DNA from: an uncultured Kiritimatiellota bacterium
Lineage (GTDB): Bacteria > Verrucomicrobiota > Kiritimatiellia > RFP12 > DVOR01
NCBI GenBank assembly: GCA_944391085.1
Contig: CALXSE010000011.1
Coordinates: 4,012 to 68,011 of the forward strand
Length of the DNA stretch: 64,000 nucleotides
Reading direction: 5' to 3'
The translations under genes were made by a program, and so were the position numbers. Position 1 is the first letter of the stretch, and the number at the start of each line of letters is the position of its first letter. Of the stretch, positions 17,299 to 25,786 are shown one piece after another. Under the pieces are notes generated by a model. The model was not told the DNA's origin and made no database searches. It worked only from the letters and a program-made list of their open reading frames with translations.

Positions 17299-18327
17299 TT
17301 AGATGAGGCCGCGGCGGATGAGCTCCTCGGCGATTTGGACGGCGTTGAGGGCGGCGCCCTTGCGGATGTTGTCGCCGCAGCACCACAGCGCCAGGCCGTT
17401 CTCGACGGAAGGGTCGACGCGGATGCGCCCGACGCCGACGTCGTCCTGCCCGCCGAAGTCCTTGGGCATGGGGTAGACGGCGTTGGGCAGGTCGTCCACC
17501 ACCTTGACGCCGGGGGCCTTGGCGAGGACGGCGCGGGCCTCCTCGGCCGTGAAAGGCCGCTCGAACTCGGCATGGACGGCGATGCTGTGGGCGTAGAAGA
17601 CCGGGACGCGGACGCAGGTGCAGGCGATGCGCAGGCCCGGCGCGCCGAGGATCTTGCGGCTTTCGAAGGTGAGCTTGGCCTCCTCGGTGGTGAAGCCGGG
17701 CATCTCGGGCTTGGCGCCGCCGATCTGCGGGAGGACGTTGGCGGCGATCTGGTGGGCGAAGGCCTTGGGCACGGTCGGCTCGCCGGCGGCCAGCTGGCGC
17801 GTCTGCAGCTCCAGCTCGTCGATGGCCGCGCGCCCGGCGCCGGAGACGCTCTGGAAGGTGACGGCGGTCATGTGGCGCAGGGGGTTCACGCGGTGGAGCG
17901 CGGCCACGCCCATGAGGGTGATGATGGTGGAGCAGTTGGGGTTGGCGATGAAGCGCGCGCCGCCGCGCACCATGCGCTCCATGTCGTCGGCGTTGATCTC
18001 GGGGATGACGAGGGGGACGTCCTCGCGCATCCGGAAATCGTCGCCGTTGTCGATGACGATGGCGCCGGCGTCGGTGGCCGCCTTGCCCCACATCTTGCTG
18101 GCGCCCTTGGCGCCCTCGGTGCCGGCGAAGAGCACCACGTCCAGCCCCTCGAAGGCCTCGGGCGTGGTGGCGCGGACGCGGAAGGTTTCCCCGGCGATCT
18201 CCTCGTCGCGGTCGCGCGTCGCGAGCACGCGGATCTCGGAGGCGGGGAACTTGCGCTGGCGCAGCACCTTGACCATCTCGGTGCCGACGGCGCCGATGCC
18301 GACCAATCCGACTTTGTATTCCTTCAT
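17299..18327 (-). CDS. asd: aspartate-semialdehyde dehydrogenase
   Basis: ATG at 18327 (MKEYKVGLVGIGAVGTEMV). The block NPNCSTIITLMGVAALH holds the active-site Cys. QSVSGAG is also present. Confidence 0.9.
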   Translation of the reverse strand: MKEYKVGLVGIGAVGTEMVKVLRQRKFPASEIRVLATRDRDEEIAGETFRVRATTPEAFEGLDVVLFAGTEGAKGASKMWGKAATDAGAIVIDNGDDFRMREDVPLVIPEINADDMERMVRGGARFIANPNCSTIITLMGVAALHRVNPLRHMTAVTFQSVSGAGRAAIDELELQTRQLAAGEPTVPKAFAHQIAANVLPQIGGAKPEMPGFTTEEAKLTFESRKILGAPGLRIACTCVRVPVFYAHSIAVHAEFERPFTAEEARAVLAKAPGVKVVDDLPNAVYPMPKDFGGQDDVGVGRIRVDPSVENGLALWCCGDNIRKGAALNAVQIAEELIRRGLI

Positions 18328-18360
18328 GAAAGCACTCCAATCTGTCGAAAGACGTCCGCT

Positions 18361-18371
18361 ATGATAGCACA
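18361..18371 (-). promoter_or_regulatory. extended -10 (TGTGCTATCAT) upstream of asd
   Basis: Motif match 33 nt upstream of the asd ATG. Confidence 0.5.
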
Positions 18372-18372
18372 A

Positions 18373-18858
18373 TCACTCGAAGTCCAGGCGCAGCGCGCGC
18401 CCTTCCACCGCCAACGTCCGGAGCGACCCTTCCAGGGTGACGCCGCGCATCTGCGCCAGCGTGCGGACGGCCACGGTGAGCGTGTTGCCCGCCACCGTGA
18501 GCCCGGGCTTGCCGGCGACGGCCGCGGCCAGCTGGCCCATCAGCTGCGTGGCGATGGCCCCGCCGCCCATCATGGCCAGGGAGACCTTCTCGAGCGTGAC
18601 GTCGAGCGCCGCGCCCTCCTGCGCCGGGGCCAGGCGGATCTGCGCCTCCACCGGCACGGGCAGCAGGCCCATCGAGGCCTTGCACTTGAAGACCACGAGC
18701 CCCTCCTTGAGCTCCACGCGCGGGTTCTTGATTTTCTTGAGGCCCTCGCCCTGCGGCCCCTCGGCCATCTTGGCCAAGGCGCCCTCGAGGCCCTTGTTGA
18801 TGTCGTCCTCGGTCACGGCCAGTGCCAGCTTGCTCAGCGTCATCTGCGGTTTCTCCAT
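18373..18858 (-). CDS. hypothetical protein
   Basis: Only the C-terminal part of ORF 18373..19152 looks coding (MEKPQMTLSKLALAVTEDDINKG...). An alternative start at 18843 has a GGAGA RBS. No motif recognised. Confidence 0.55.
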   Translation of the reverse strand: MEKPQMTLSKLALAVTEDDINKGLEGALAKMAEGPQGEGLKKIKNPRVELKEGLVVFKCKASMGLLPVPVEAQIRLAPAQEGAALDVTLEKVSLAMMGGGAIATQLMGQLAAAVAGKPGLTVAGNTLTVAVRTLAQMRGVTLEGSLRTLAVEGRALRLDFE

Positions 18859-18876
18859 TCGATTGCGATGGGGGCC

Positions 18877-18888
18877 ATTATAGCAAAA
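18877..18888 (-). promoter_or_regulatory. extended -10 (TTTTGCTATAAT) upstream of the hypothetical CDS 18373..18858
   Basis: Perfect TATAAT. The T-run is shared with the csoR-family terminator. Confidence 0.55.
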
Positions 18889-18914
18889 GGAGGCCGCCGG
18901 GAGGCGGCCTCCTT
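18883..18914 (-). terminator. intrinsic terminator after the CsoR-family gene
   Basis: Minus strand AAGGAGGCCGCC-tccc-GGCGGCCTCCTT followed by TTTG. Confidence 0.7.
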
Positions 18915-18932
18915 GCGTCGGGGCGGCGCGCG

Positions 18933-19220
18933 TCAGTCCTCCAGGCGGCAGAAGTAGTCCACGGCCTTGGTCTCGCGGCGGATGATCTCCTCGGCGTCGC
19001 CCTTCGCGACGCCGTCGCGGGCGCATTCCTTGAGGTGATGGACCAGAAGCAGCTGGCCCACGCGGTGGAGGGCGCTCTTGGCGGCGCTCACCTGCAGGAT
19101 GATGTCGGCGCAGGCGGCCTTGCGGTCGATCATGCGGCTGATGCCGTTGCATTGGCCGATGATTTTATGGAGGCGGCGGTGGATCGCCTCGATGTCCAAA
19201 TCCGTGGGTTCTTCCTTCAT
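18933..19220 (-). CDS. CsoR/RcnR/FrmR family metal-sensing transcriptional repressor
   Basis: 95 aa. RLHKIIGQCNGISRMI...ILQVSAAKSALHRVGQLLLVHHLKEC fits the Cys/His ligand pattern of the DUF156 family. Confidence 0.8.
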   Translation of the reverse strand: MKEEPTDLDIEAIHRRLHKIIGQCNGISRMIDRKAACADIILQVSAAKSALHRVGQLLLVHHLKECARDGVAKGDAEEIIRRETKAVDYFCRLED

Positions 19221-19295
19221 GTTGCTCTCGCCTTTGTTCGTTTGCTCTTTCTATATGGTTTCACCGGAAGACCGGTGCCCAACCAATTGCCGTTT

Positions 19296-19303
19296 ATTAT
19301 ACA
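19296..19303 (-). promoter_or_regulatory. extended -10 (TGTATAAT) upstream of the CsoR-family gene
   Basis: Perfect TATAAT with TG. A possible -35 TTGTTT lies at a 17-nt spacing. Confidence 0.5.
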
Positions 19304-19341
19304 ACGGAACAGACGTGCAAACAACACTTTTTTGCCCGTGG

Positions 19342-19382
19342 AAAAAAGCGGCGGCGCCCGCCGCTGGGGGGGCGGGCGCCGC
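19342..19382 (-). terminator. intrinsic terminator after the prepilin-type gene
   Basis: 12-bp stem GCGGCGCCCGCC / GGCGGGCGCCGC with an 8-nt loop, followed by CGCTTTTTT on the minus strand. Confidence 0.75.
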
Positions 19383-19404
19383 GGGGTGCGAGGACGCGCC
19401 GGGC

Positions 19405-20154
19405 TCAGTTGCCCGAGCCGGTCTCGAGGAACTTGAAGGCGTTGCCGTCCTGCTCGATGTCGGTGAGCTTGCCGTTGCCCAGGCCCGAGACCATGTCGCG
19501 CATCAGCACGCCGGCCGCGTCAAAATCCCGGCCCGACCCGTCGCGGTAGATCAGCACGCAACCATCCTTGCCGAAGGGCTGGTTGTCGGTCAGCAGGGTG
19601 TCGTAATCCGCGCCGGTGTCGTTGCCGGCGGTGCCGGCGAAGGTGGAGCCGTTGATGTTGCGGGAGATGAGCACGGGGGTGGTGCCCGCCGCGCGCCCGG
19701 CGTTGGAGGCGATGGTCCACGCGCAGTTGCGGTCGGTGATGGTCGTGCCGGTGGCCTCGGTGTAGCCGTCGGCCACGAGGTCGGCGGGCTCGATCTCCTG
19801 GAGCACCTTCAGGCGGTTGCGGCGGTTCGTGTCCGTCTCCTCCATGTAAAGCGCCTCGGTGAAGTAGTCGGCGGTGGAGCTGAAGGCCTGGTAGAGATCC
19901 GGGCCGGTGGGCTTGTCGCCGTCATACTCGCCGTTGCTGTCCGCCGGCCACGCATAGCCGCGGTAACGGCCCGTCGCGTCCGCCGTGATGATCGCCTGCA
20001 CGATGTGCCGGCCCACGTTCATCATGCCCGAGCGCCGGGCCGAGGCCAACGCGCCGGTGATGGGGCCGAAGAGGGCGCCTGCCAGAATGCCGATAATCAC
20101 GATGACCACGAGCAGCTCGATCAACGTGAAGCCTTGCTTGCGGGATGCTTTCAT
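19405..20154 (-). CDS. prepilin-type N-terminal cleavage/methylation domain protein (orphan pseudopilin-like)
   Basis: The N-terminus MKASRKQGFTLIELLVVIVIIGILAG is the class III signal. The gene has its own promoter and a strong terminator. Confidence 0.85.
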   Translation of the reverse strand: MKASRKQGFTLIELLVVIVIIGILAGALFGPITGALASARRSGMMNVGRHIVQAIITADATGRYRGYAWPADSNGEYDGDKPTGPDLYQAFSSTADYFTEALYMEETDTNRRNRLKVLQEIEPADLVADGYTEATGTTITDRNCAWTIASNAGRAAGTTPVLISRNINGSTFAGTAGNDTGADYDTLLTDNQPFGKDGCVLIYRDGSGRDFDAAGVLMRDMVSGLGNGKLTDIEQDGNAFKFLETGSGN

Positions 20155-20209
20155 TTCCGTACTCCTTTTAAGTCATGGTTCGGGCTCTGACCGCCCTCGC
20201 ACGTCATGT

Positions 20210-20239
20210 ATCCTAGCACAGCCCCGCCCGCATGGTCAA
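20210..20239 (-). promoter_or_regulatory. promoter TTGACC-18nt-TAGGAT (TG-extended) of the prepilin-type gene
   Basis: The minus strand reads TTGACCatgcgggcggggctgTGcTAGGAT. Confidence 0.5.
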
Positions 20240-20329
20240 ACATTTTTTGGGCGCCGGCGCGCCCCCCGGGCCGCCGCAGGCCGCCCGCGCACCCCCGGCA
20301 GGGCACAAAAACCTTGCGCGGAAGCGCCC

Positions 20330-20342
20330 TTTTTGCTAGTCT
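20330..20342 (+). promoter_or_regulatory. extended -10 (TTTTTGCTAGTCT) upstream of the H1-like/DksA gene
   Basis: Motif match about 70 nt upstream of the ATG at 20414. Confidence 0.45.
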
Positions 20343-20413
20343 TTCCCTGTTCCGTGCGAGGGCATGGGCCACGCGCCCCCTCGTGCCTTGGAGCCCCAAC
20401 AAGGAGTGACACC

Positions 20414-21235
20414 ATGGCGACAAAAACGACAGCCTCCAAGCCGGCCAAAAAAGCGGCCGCCAAGCCCGCGGCGAAAAAGGCCGCCCCCGCCACCAAAGCC
20501 GCCGCCAAAAAGCCCGCGGCCAAGGCCCCCGCGAAGGCACCGGCCAAGCAATCCCCCGCCAAAAAGGCCACTCCCCTGAAGAAGGCCCCCGCCAAGAAAC
20601 CCGCCGCCGCGACCAAGAAGACCGCCGCCAAGGCGCCCGCCAAAAAGGCCACTCCCGCCAAGGCCGCCGCCCAAAAAACCGCCGCCGCGACCAAGAAGCC
20701 CGCCGCCAAGCCCGCGGCCAAGGCCCCCGCCAAGAGGCCCGCGGCCAAGGCGCCCGCCAAAAAGCCCGCGGCGAGGGCGCTCAAGCCCAACTACGCGATC
20801 GTCCGCCCCTCCGGCGCCAAACCGGCGAAGTCCGCCGACAGGCCCGCCCCCGCCAAGCAGCGGTTCAGCGACGCCACGCTCGAGACCTTCCGCAAGCGCC
20901 TCATCGCCGACCGCGAGGAGATCCTGTCCCAGCTCAACTCCGCGCGCTCCAACGCCCTGCGCCAGACCGACGAGGAGAACGTGGAGGAGGACGGCTCCAA
21001 CGCCTTCAACCGCACGGCCGACCTTACCCGCGCCGACGGCCAGCATATGCGCCTGCGCGCCATCGACGACGCCCTGCGCGCCATCAAGAACAAGACCTAC
21101 GGCGTGTGCGCGATGTGCGGCAAGCTCATCCCCACCGAGCGCCTCAAGGCCGCCCCCTTCGCCATCCGTTGCGTGGCCTGCAAGGAGCAGTGGGAGCAGA
21201 CCCTTGCCAGAGAGCGCCGCGCCCAGAACCAATAA
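20414..21235 (+). CDS. fusion of a Lys/Ala/Pro-rich histone-H1-like tail with a DksA/TraR C4 zinc-finger domain
   Basis: ATG at 20414 with an AAGGAG RBS at 20401. About 120 aa of AKKAAAKPAAKK-type repeats are followed by a DksA-like coiled coil and CAMCGKLIPTERLKAAPFAIRCVAC. Confidence 0.8.
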   Translation: MATKTTASKPAKKAAAKPAAKKAAPATKAAAKKPAAKAPAKAPAKQSPAKKATPLKKAPAKKPAAATKKTAAKAPAKKATPAKAAAQKTAAATKKPAAKPAAKAPAKRPAAKAPAKKPAARALKPNYAIVRPSGAKPAKSADRPAPAKQRFSDATLETFRKRLIADREEILSQLNSARSNALRQTDEENVEEDGSNAFNRTADLTRADGQHMRLRAIDDALRAIKNKTYGVCAMCGKLIPTERLKAAPFAIRCVACKEQWEQTLARERRAQNQ

Positions 21236-21253
21236 GCGCGCCCGGGGCAAAAC

Positions 21254-21288
21254 AAGGCGGGGCATGGGCAACCATGCCCCGCCTTTTG
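21254..21288. terminator. bidirectional intrinsic terminator between convergent genes
   Basis: 14-bp stem AAGGCGGGGCATGG / CCATGCCCCGCCTT, flanked by an A-run on one side and a T-run on the other. Confidence 0.75.
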
Positions 21289-21401
21289 CGTCCCCATGGC
21301 GCCCCACGAAAGACCGGGATGGACGGCGCGCGGAAGCCTTCCCCGTGCGCCACGGTCGGCGGACGGGGAGGCACGGGGGCGGCGGCGAAGGCGCCCCGTG
21401 A

Positions 21402-22307
21402 TCAGCTGAGGGGCTTGCGGGGATTGTTGGCCTTGATGCGCTCGATCTTGTCGTGGTCGCTCTTGCGCTGGTCCTCGCTTTTCTGGATGAGGGCGTCGAG
21501 GTCGGCACGCATCCCGTTGAGGCGCTCGGTGTCAGCGGTGGCGGGGTCGAGGAGGGATTGCGTGGAGCGGCGGACGAATTCGTTGGGCAAAGACCAGAAG
21601 ACGTTGCGGACGTAGAACTCCGGGGTGGCGCGGTGGAGGAGGACGACCTCGCCGGCGGGGGAGATGTTGAGGCGGGGGGTGACGAGGGGAAGGTAGGCGC
21701 CGAGCATGACGGTGGGGAAGGTGCGGCCGTCGGGGGTGTCCTGGATGCGGAGGAAGAGGCGGTCGATGTGGTTGCGGGGCCAGCGCACGAGGGTGAAGTG
21801 GCGCTGGCGGGTGGGGTCGTTGGCAAAGAGCTGGGTGCCCTCAAGGACAACGCCGCCGGGGACGAGGTCGACGGCCTTGGGCTGGGTGTCGTGCCGCACG
21901 CCGTGGACGATGGCGCCGAAGGTGACGAGGTATTTGCCCTGGCGCGAGAGGTCGGCGCAGACGGAGAGGTCAAGGTCGAAGACGCGCTCTTCGTTGGGCC
22001 TGAGGGTGAGGGGCTTGGGGAGGCAGCCGTTGGGCTCGCGGGCGAGGTTGCGGCGCTGAGGGTCGCCATGGCGGATGACCTCGAAGGCGCCGGCAGGGTG
22101 GTCGCCCTTGCCAAGGGTGAGGGGCGCGGGGGTGTTGTTGCGCACGAGGACGCGGACGGGGACGGTCTCGCCCAGGACGTAGCTGCCGGCCTCGATGGCC
22201 AGGCCGACGGAGACGGGGGCGAGGCGCTTGGGGGCGTCCGGGCGCTGGGCGACAAGGAGGGCGGGCAGGAGGGCGAGGAGGGCGAGGAGGTGGTGGGCGC
22301 GGCGCAT
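21402..22307 (-). CDS. hypothetical secreted protein
   Basis: Internal ATG at 22307 with signal peptide MRRAHHLLALLALLPALLVA. The start overlaps the upstream stop by 1 nt (TGATG). No motif recognised. Confidence 0.6.
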   Translation of the reverse strand: MRRAHHLLALLALLPALLVAQRPDAPKRLAPVSVGLAIEAGSYVLGETVPVRVLVRNNTPAPLTLGKGDHPAGAFEVIRHGDPQRRNLAREPNGCLPKPLTLRPNEERVFDLDLSVCADLSRQGKYLVTFGAIVHGVRHDTQPKAVDLVPGGVVLEGTQLFANDPTRQRHFTLVRWPRNHIDRLFLRIQDTPDGRTFPTVMLGAYLPLVTPRLNISPAGEVVLLHRATPEFYVRNVFWSLPNEFVRRSTQSLLDPATADTERLNGMRADLDALIQKSEDQRKSDHDKIERIKANNPRKPLS

Positions 22308-24919
22308 CAGGCTTCCTCTTTCTGCGGGGGGGAGAAGTGGGTAAGCCCCTGGGTTCCCCTGCGGTTGGGGAAGACGAAGGAGAGCACCCAGGCGACGACG
22401 ACGCAGGCGGCCAGGCCGATGCCGCCGTACGTGAAGAAGTGCAGCCCGGGGAAGACGTGGCCGATGCCCAGGCTGATGACGTAGTTGACAACGAGCGCGA
22501 CCATCGCGGCCACGCCGCCGACGCGCGGCATGAAGATGCCGATGAGGAAGAGCGCCGAAAGGCCGCCGGTGAGCGTGCCGATGAAGTTCTGGAACTCGTC
22601 GAAAAGCGAGCGGCTGGGCAGGACGGAGAGCACGAGCGCCGCGGCCACGCCCAGGACGCCGACGACGATGACCAGCCAGCGGCCCCAGCGCACCTGCGCG
22701 TCGCCGTCCATGTCCTTGCGGAAGCGGGCGACGAAGTCGGTGACGATGGAGGTGGCCGAGCTGTTGAGGTTGGTGGCGAGGGTGGAGATGGTGGCCGCGA
22801 AGATGGAGGCGACGATGAGGCCGGCGACGATGGGGTGTAGCTCGATGGCCATGAAGGTGGGGAAGATCGAGTCGCTTTTGGGCATCGTCACGTCCATCAG
22901 CTCCGGATGCTTCACGTAATGGGTGTAGAGGGCGGTGCCGATGAGGTAGAAGATGACCGAGGAGAGGACCGAAAGGACGCCGTTGAACCAGATGGAGCGG
23001 GCGGCGGACTTCTCGTCGGGCGTGGTGATGTAACGCTGGACGACGCATTGGTCGGCGGTGTAGCTGTTCAGGTTGCTGACCAGGCCCATGACAAGGACCA
23101 CCCAGAAGACCGGCTCGCCGAAGAGGAAACGGAAGTCCCAGGTGCGGAACTTCTCCGCGCCCCAGGCCACGGAGGCGAACTCGCTCACGCCGCCCGAGCC
23201 GACGACCAGCGCCACGAGCACGACGATGGCGCCGCACAGGAGGATGAGCCCCTGCACGAAGTCGCACCAAATCACGGCGTCCACGCCGCCGAAGAAGCAG
23301 TACACGATGGTGGCGACGCCGCACAGGAGGATGGCCAGCCAAATCGGGATGTCCGTCACCGCGCCCAGCGCGATCGCCGGCAGCAGCGTGACGACCGCCA
23401 CGCGGCAGACCATGAAGACGTTGAAGGCCGCCGCGCCGAAGAGCCGCACGCCCACGTTGAAGCGCCGCTCCAGGTACTCATACGCGCTGGTGATGTTCAG
23501 CCGGCAGAAGAAAGGCAGGTAGAAGAAGATGGCGATCGGCGCCATCGCCAGGATGCACAGCGCCATCGTGAAGTACCGCCAGTCCGAGATATACGTCATC
23601 GTCGGGATGGAAATGAAGGTGATGGAGCTGAGCATCGTCGCGTAAATCGAGACGCCCGCCACATACCACGGGATGCTCTTGCCCCCGCGGAAATACGTGT
23701 CCGCCGTCTTCGGCTTCAGCGCGAAGTAAATCCCCATCCCCGCCATCGAGGCGAAGAAGAGCCCGATGACGATCCAGCTCTCCCACCCAAAGCGCCACCC
23801 CTGCCGCTCAAACCCGGCCACCCCCACCTCCGCCGTCCGCACCTGCGGCTTCACCTCGCCCCCCGCCACGATCAGGCGCACGCCCCGGCCCGCGCCCGCC
23901 GGCAGGATGGCCGCCGCCGCGCCGCACCGCGCGTCCATCCCCGCCGGCAGCTCGCCGAGCTCCGACCACTTGCCCGTCACCGCGTGCCAGGCATAGACCC
24001 TGCGGTTCCAGCCGAATGCCTCCGGCGGCTCCTTCAGCTTGCTCGCCCACCCCGCCGGCAGCATCCGGTTCGCGGCGTCCCACATCTCCCCGTCATAGCC
24101 GCCCACCAGGAGCACATGCTGGTCGCCCACCGGCAGGAAGGCCGCCCCGATGGCGCAGACGGGCGCGGACTCGAGCGGCTTCCACACCCAGTTCCCGTCG
24201 AAATCCTTCGTGAACCCCCACCCGTCCGTCGTCGCCTTCGGCTTCCCGTCCGCCCCCACGACCGACCCGCCGAAGACCGCCAGGATCGGGCTCTTCTGGT
24301 CGCCGTTCTGGCTCGCCGCCACCGCCTGCCAACGCGCCGCCCCGGGCAACGGCGGCAGCTCGCCCCACACCCACGCCCCGCCCTGGCGCTTCAGCGAGAA
24401 GACGCGGTTCGTGGGCTTGCCGTCCAACAGGCCGCCCGCGAAGACCGCCCCGCCGCGCCACGAGGCCCCCGCGGTCATGGACAGCGTCCCAAAGGGGAAA
24501 TCCGGCAACGCCTCCGTCGAGCCGTCCGGGGCCAGGAGGAAGGCCTTGGACGTCGGCCCCTGCGCCGTCACGCCGCCCACGCACGCCAGGCGCGGCTCCG
24601 GGGCGAGCGCCGTCCCGGCCTCCACCACCGCCGCGCCGCCCTCGGCCACCCCCGCCGGCAGCGCCCCCAGCCCCTGCCAGGCGTTCGCCGCCGGGTCATA
24701 CGCCGCGATGGCCGCCGAATACCCCTTCGCCTCCGCGAAGGTGGAGCCGCCCGCCGTCACCAGCCTGCCCCCGAGCACGCCGGAGAAGGCCCGCGCCACG
24801 GCCTCGGGCGCGGCCGCCGGCGCGGCCTCCCCCTCCTGCCAGGACAGCCGCATCGGGCCCGCGGCAAGCACCCCCGCCGCGACTGCGGCGAATACCGACA
24901 ACAAACCTCGCATACGCAT
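22307..24919 (-). CDS. fusion protein: Kelch/cyclically-permuted mutarotase (NanM-like) domain plus sodium:solute symporter
   Basis: A signal peptide is followed by ~380 aa of Kelch-type beta-propeller repeats. Then come 13-14 TMs with the SSS block YFRGGKSIPWYVAGVSIYATMLSSITFISIP. Confidence 0.8.
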   Translation of the reverse strand: MRMRGLLSVFAAVAAGVLAAGPMRLSWQEGEAAPAAAPEAVARAFSGVLGGRLVTAGGSTFAEAKGYSAAIAAYDPAANAWQGLGALPAGVAEGGAAVVEAGTALAPEPRLACVGGVTAQGPTSKAFLLAPDGSTEALPDFPFGTLSMTAGASWRGGAVFAGGLLDGKPTNRVFSLKRQGGAWVWGELPPLPGAARWQAVAASQNGDQKSPILAVFGGSVVGADGKPKATTDGWGFTKDFDGNWVWKPLESAPVCAIGAAFLPVGDQHVLLVGGYDGEMWDAANRMLPAGWASKLKEPPEAFGWNRRVYAWHAVTGKWSELGELPAGMDARCGAAAAILPAGAGRGVRLIVAGGEVKPQVRTAEVGVAGFERQGWRFGWESWIVIGLFFASMAGMGIYFALKPKTADTYFRGGKSIPWYVAGVSIYATMLSSITFISIPTMTYISDWRYFTMALCILAMAPIAIFFYLPFFCRLNITSAYEYLERRFNVGVRLFGAAAFNVFMVCRVAVVTLLPAIALGAVTDIPIWLAILLCGVATIVYCFFGGVDAVIWCDFVQGLILLCGAIVVLVALVVGSGGVSEFASVAWGAEKFRTWDFRFLFGEPVFWVVLVMGLVSNLNSYTADQCVVQRYITTPDEKSAARSIWFNGVLSVLSSVIFYLIGTALYTHYVKHPELMDVTMPKSDSIFPTFMAIELHPIVAGLIVASIFAATISTLATNLNSSATSIVTDFVARFRKDMDGDAQVRWGRWLVIVVGVLGVAAALVLSVLPSRSLFDEFQNFIGTLTGGLSALFLIGIFMPRVGGVAAMVALVVNYVISLGIGHVFPGLHFFTYGGIGLAACVVVAWVLSFVFPNRRGTQGLTHFSPPQKEEA

Positions 24920-24931
24920 GACGTCTTCCCT

Positions 24932-25603
24932 TCAACCAAGCGGCAACCGTTCAAACAAAGCCCGCGGCATCAGCCGCAGCGCCGCCGCGACCCAACGCCA
25001 ACGGGGCGTGACGTAGGCCACGGCCTGCCCACGCTCCAACGCCTTTAGTATACAAAACGCCGCCGCCGTTGTCGAACACCGCCAAAAGGCGCTCGCCTGC
25101 CCCATCGCCGTGTCCACGAACCCCGGCACGAGCGAGACGTAACGGCAGGCGTGGCCCCCGTGCCGCGCCAGTCGGCGGTACCCTTCCATCGCGTTGAGCA
25201 TATAGGCCTTCGAGGCCGAATAGCCATTCGTCCGCTCCAGCCCCCTCACCCCCGCCACGCTCGCCGTCGCCGCGAAGGTCTCGCAATGGGTCAGCGCCCA
25301 CCCCGCCACCCGCTCGAAGGCCAGCACGTTCAGGCGCAGCGTCCGCTCCGTCAGTCCCCAGTCCGGGCGCTCCGAGCGCTCCCCGAAGCCGGCGTTGAAG
25401 ACCACCGTGTCCGCCCCCACCGCCCCGATGCGCGCCAGGGCGTCCGGCGCCGTCACGTCCAACGCCAGCGTCTCCCCGCCGATCTCGCGCAGCAGCGCCT
25501 CGCGCCGACCCGCCGCCACGGCCTCGTAGCCGCGCGCCCGCGCCGCCTCCACCAGCGCCCGCCCGATCCCGGACGTCGCCCCGATCACCAAAATCCGCCT
25601 CAT
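24932..25603 (-). CDS. SDR family oxidoreductase
   Basis: ILVIGATSGIGRAL (TGxxxGxG), NAG, and YSASKAY (YxxxK). Confidence 0.85.
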   Translation of the reverse strand: MRRILVIGATSGIGRALVEAARARGYEAVAAGRREALLREIGGETLALDVTAPDALARIGAVGADTVVFNAGFGERSERPDWGLTERTLRLNVLAFERVAGWALTHCETFAATASVAGVRGLERTNGYSASKAYMLNAMEGYRRLARHGGHACRYVSLVPGFVDTAMGQASAFWRCSTTAAAFCILKALERGQAVAYVTPRWRWVAAALRLMPRALFERLPLG

Positions 25604-25609
25604 GCCCCC

Positions 25610-25621
25610 ATGATACCAAAA
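25610..25621 (-). promoter_or_regulatory. extended -10 (TTTTGGTATCAT) 6 nt upstream of the SDR ATG
   Basis: Motif match. Implies a leaderless mRNA for the SDR/symporter/hypothetical operon. Confidence 0.55.
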
Positions 25622-25643
25622 GCCGTTTGCCCCGGCCGGGCGG

Positions 25644-25655
25644 TTGTGTTATCCT
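25644..25655 (+). promoter_or_regulatory. extended -10 (TTGTGTTATCCT), divergent from the SDR promoter
   Basis: Motif match. Would drive the structured RNA at 25662..25786. Confidence 0.4.
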
Positions 25656-25661
25656 GATGGC

Positions 25662-25786
25662 ACGCCGTGGGAGAGCCACGGCGACACCCGCACAGTGCTG
25701 CGCAAGTTGTCCGTTCGAACCTGAGAAATTCGCGCTTTAGGCAACAAGACAAGGCAAGGTGCGCCAATTTTGGCGCATCCCTTTTC
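25662..25786 (+). ncRNA. candidate small RNA or attenuating leader upstream of the PEP-CTERM protein gene
   Basis: Lies downstream of the putative -10 box. Contains hairpin GCCGTGG-gagag-CCACGGC. Ends in the 9-bp hairpin GGTGCGCCA/TGGCGCATC followed by CCTTTTCG. The CDS begins 190 nt further on. Confidence 0.35.
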
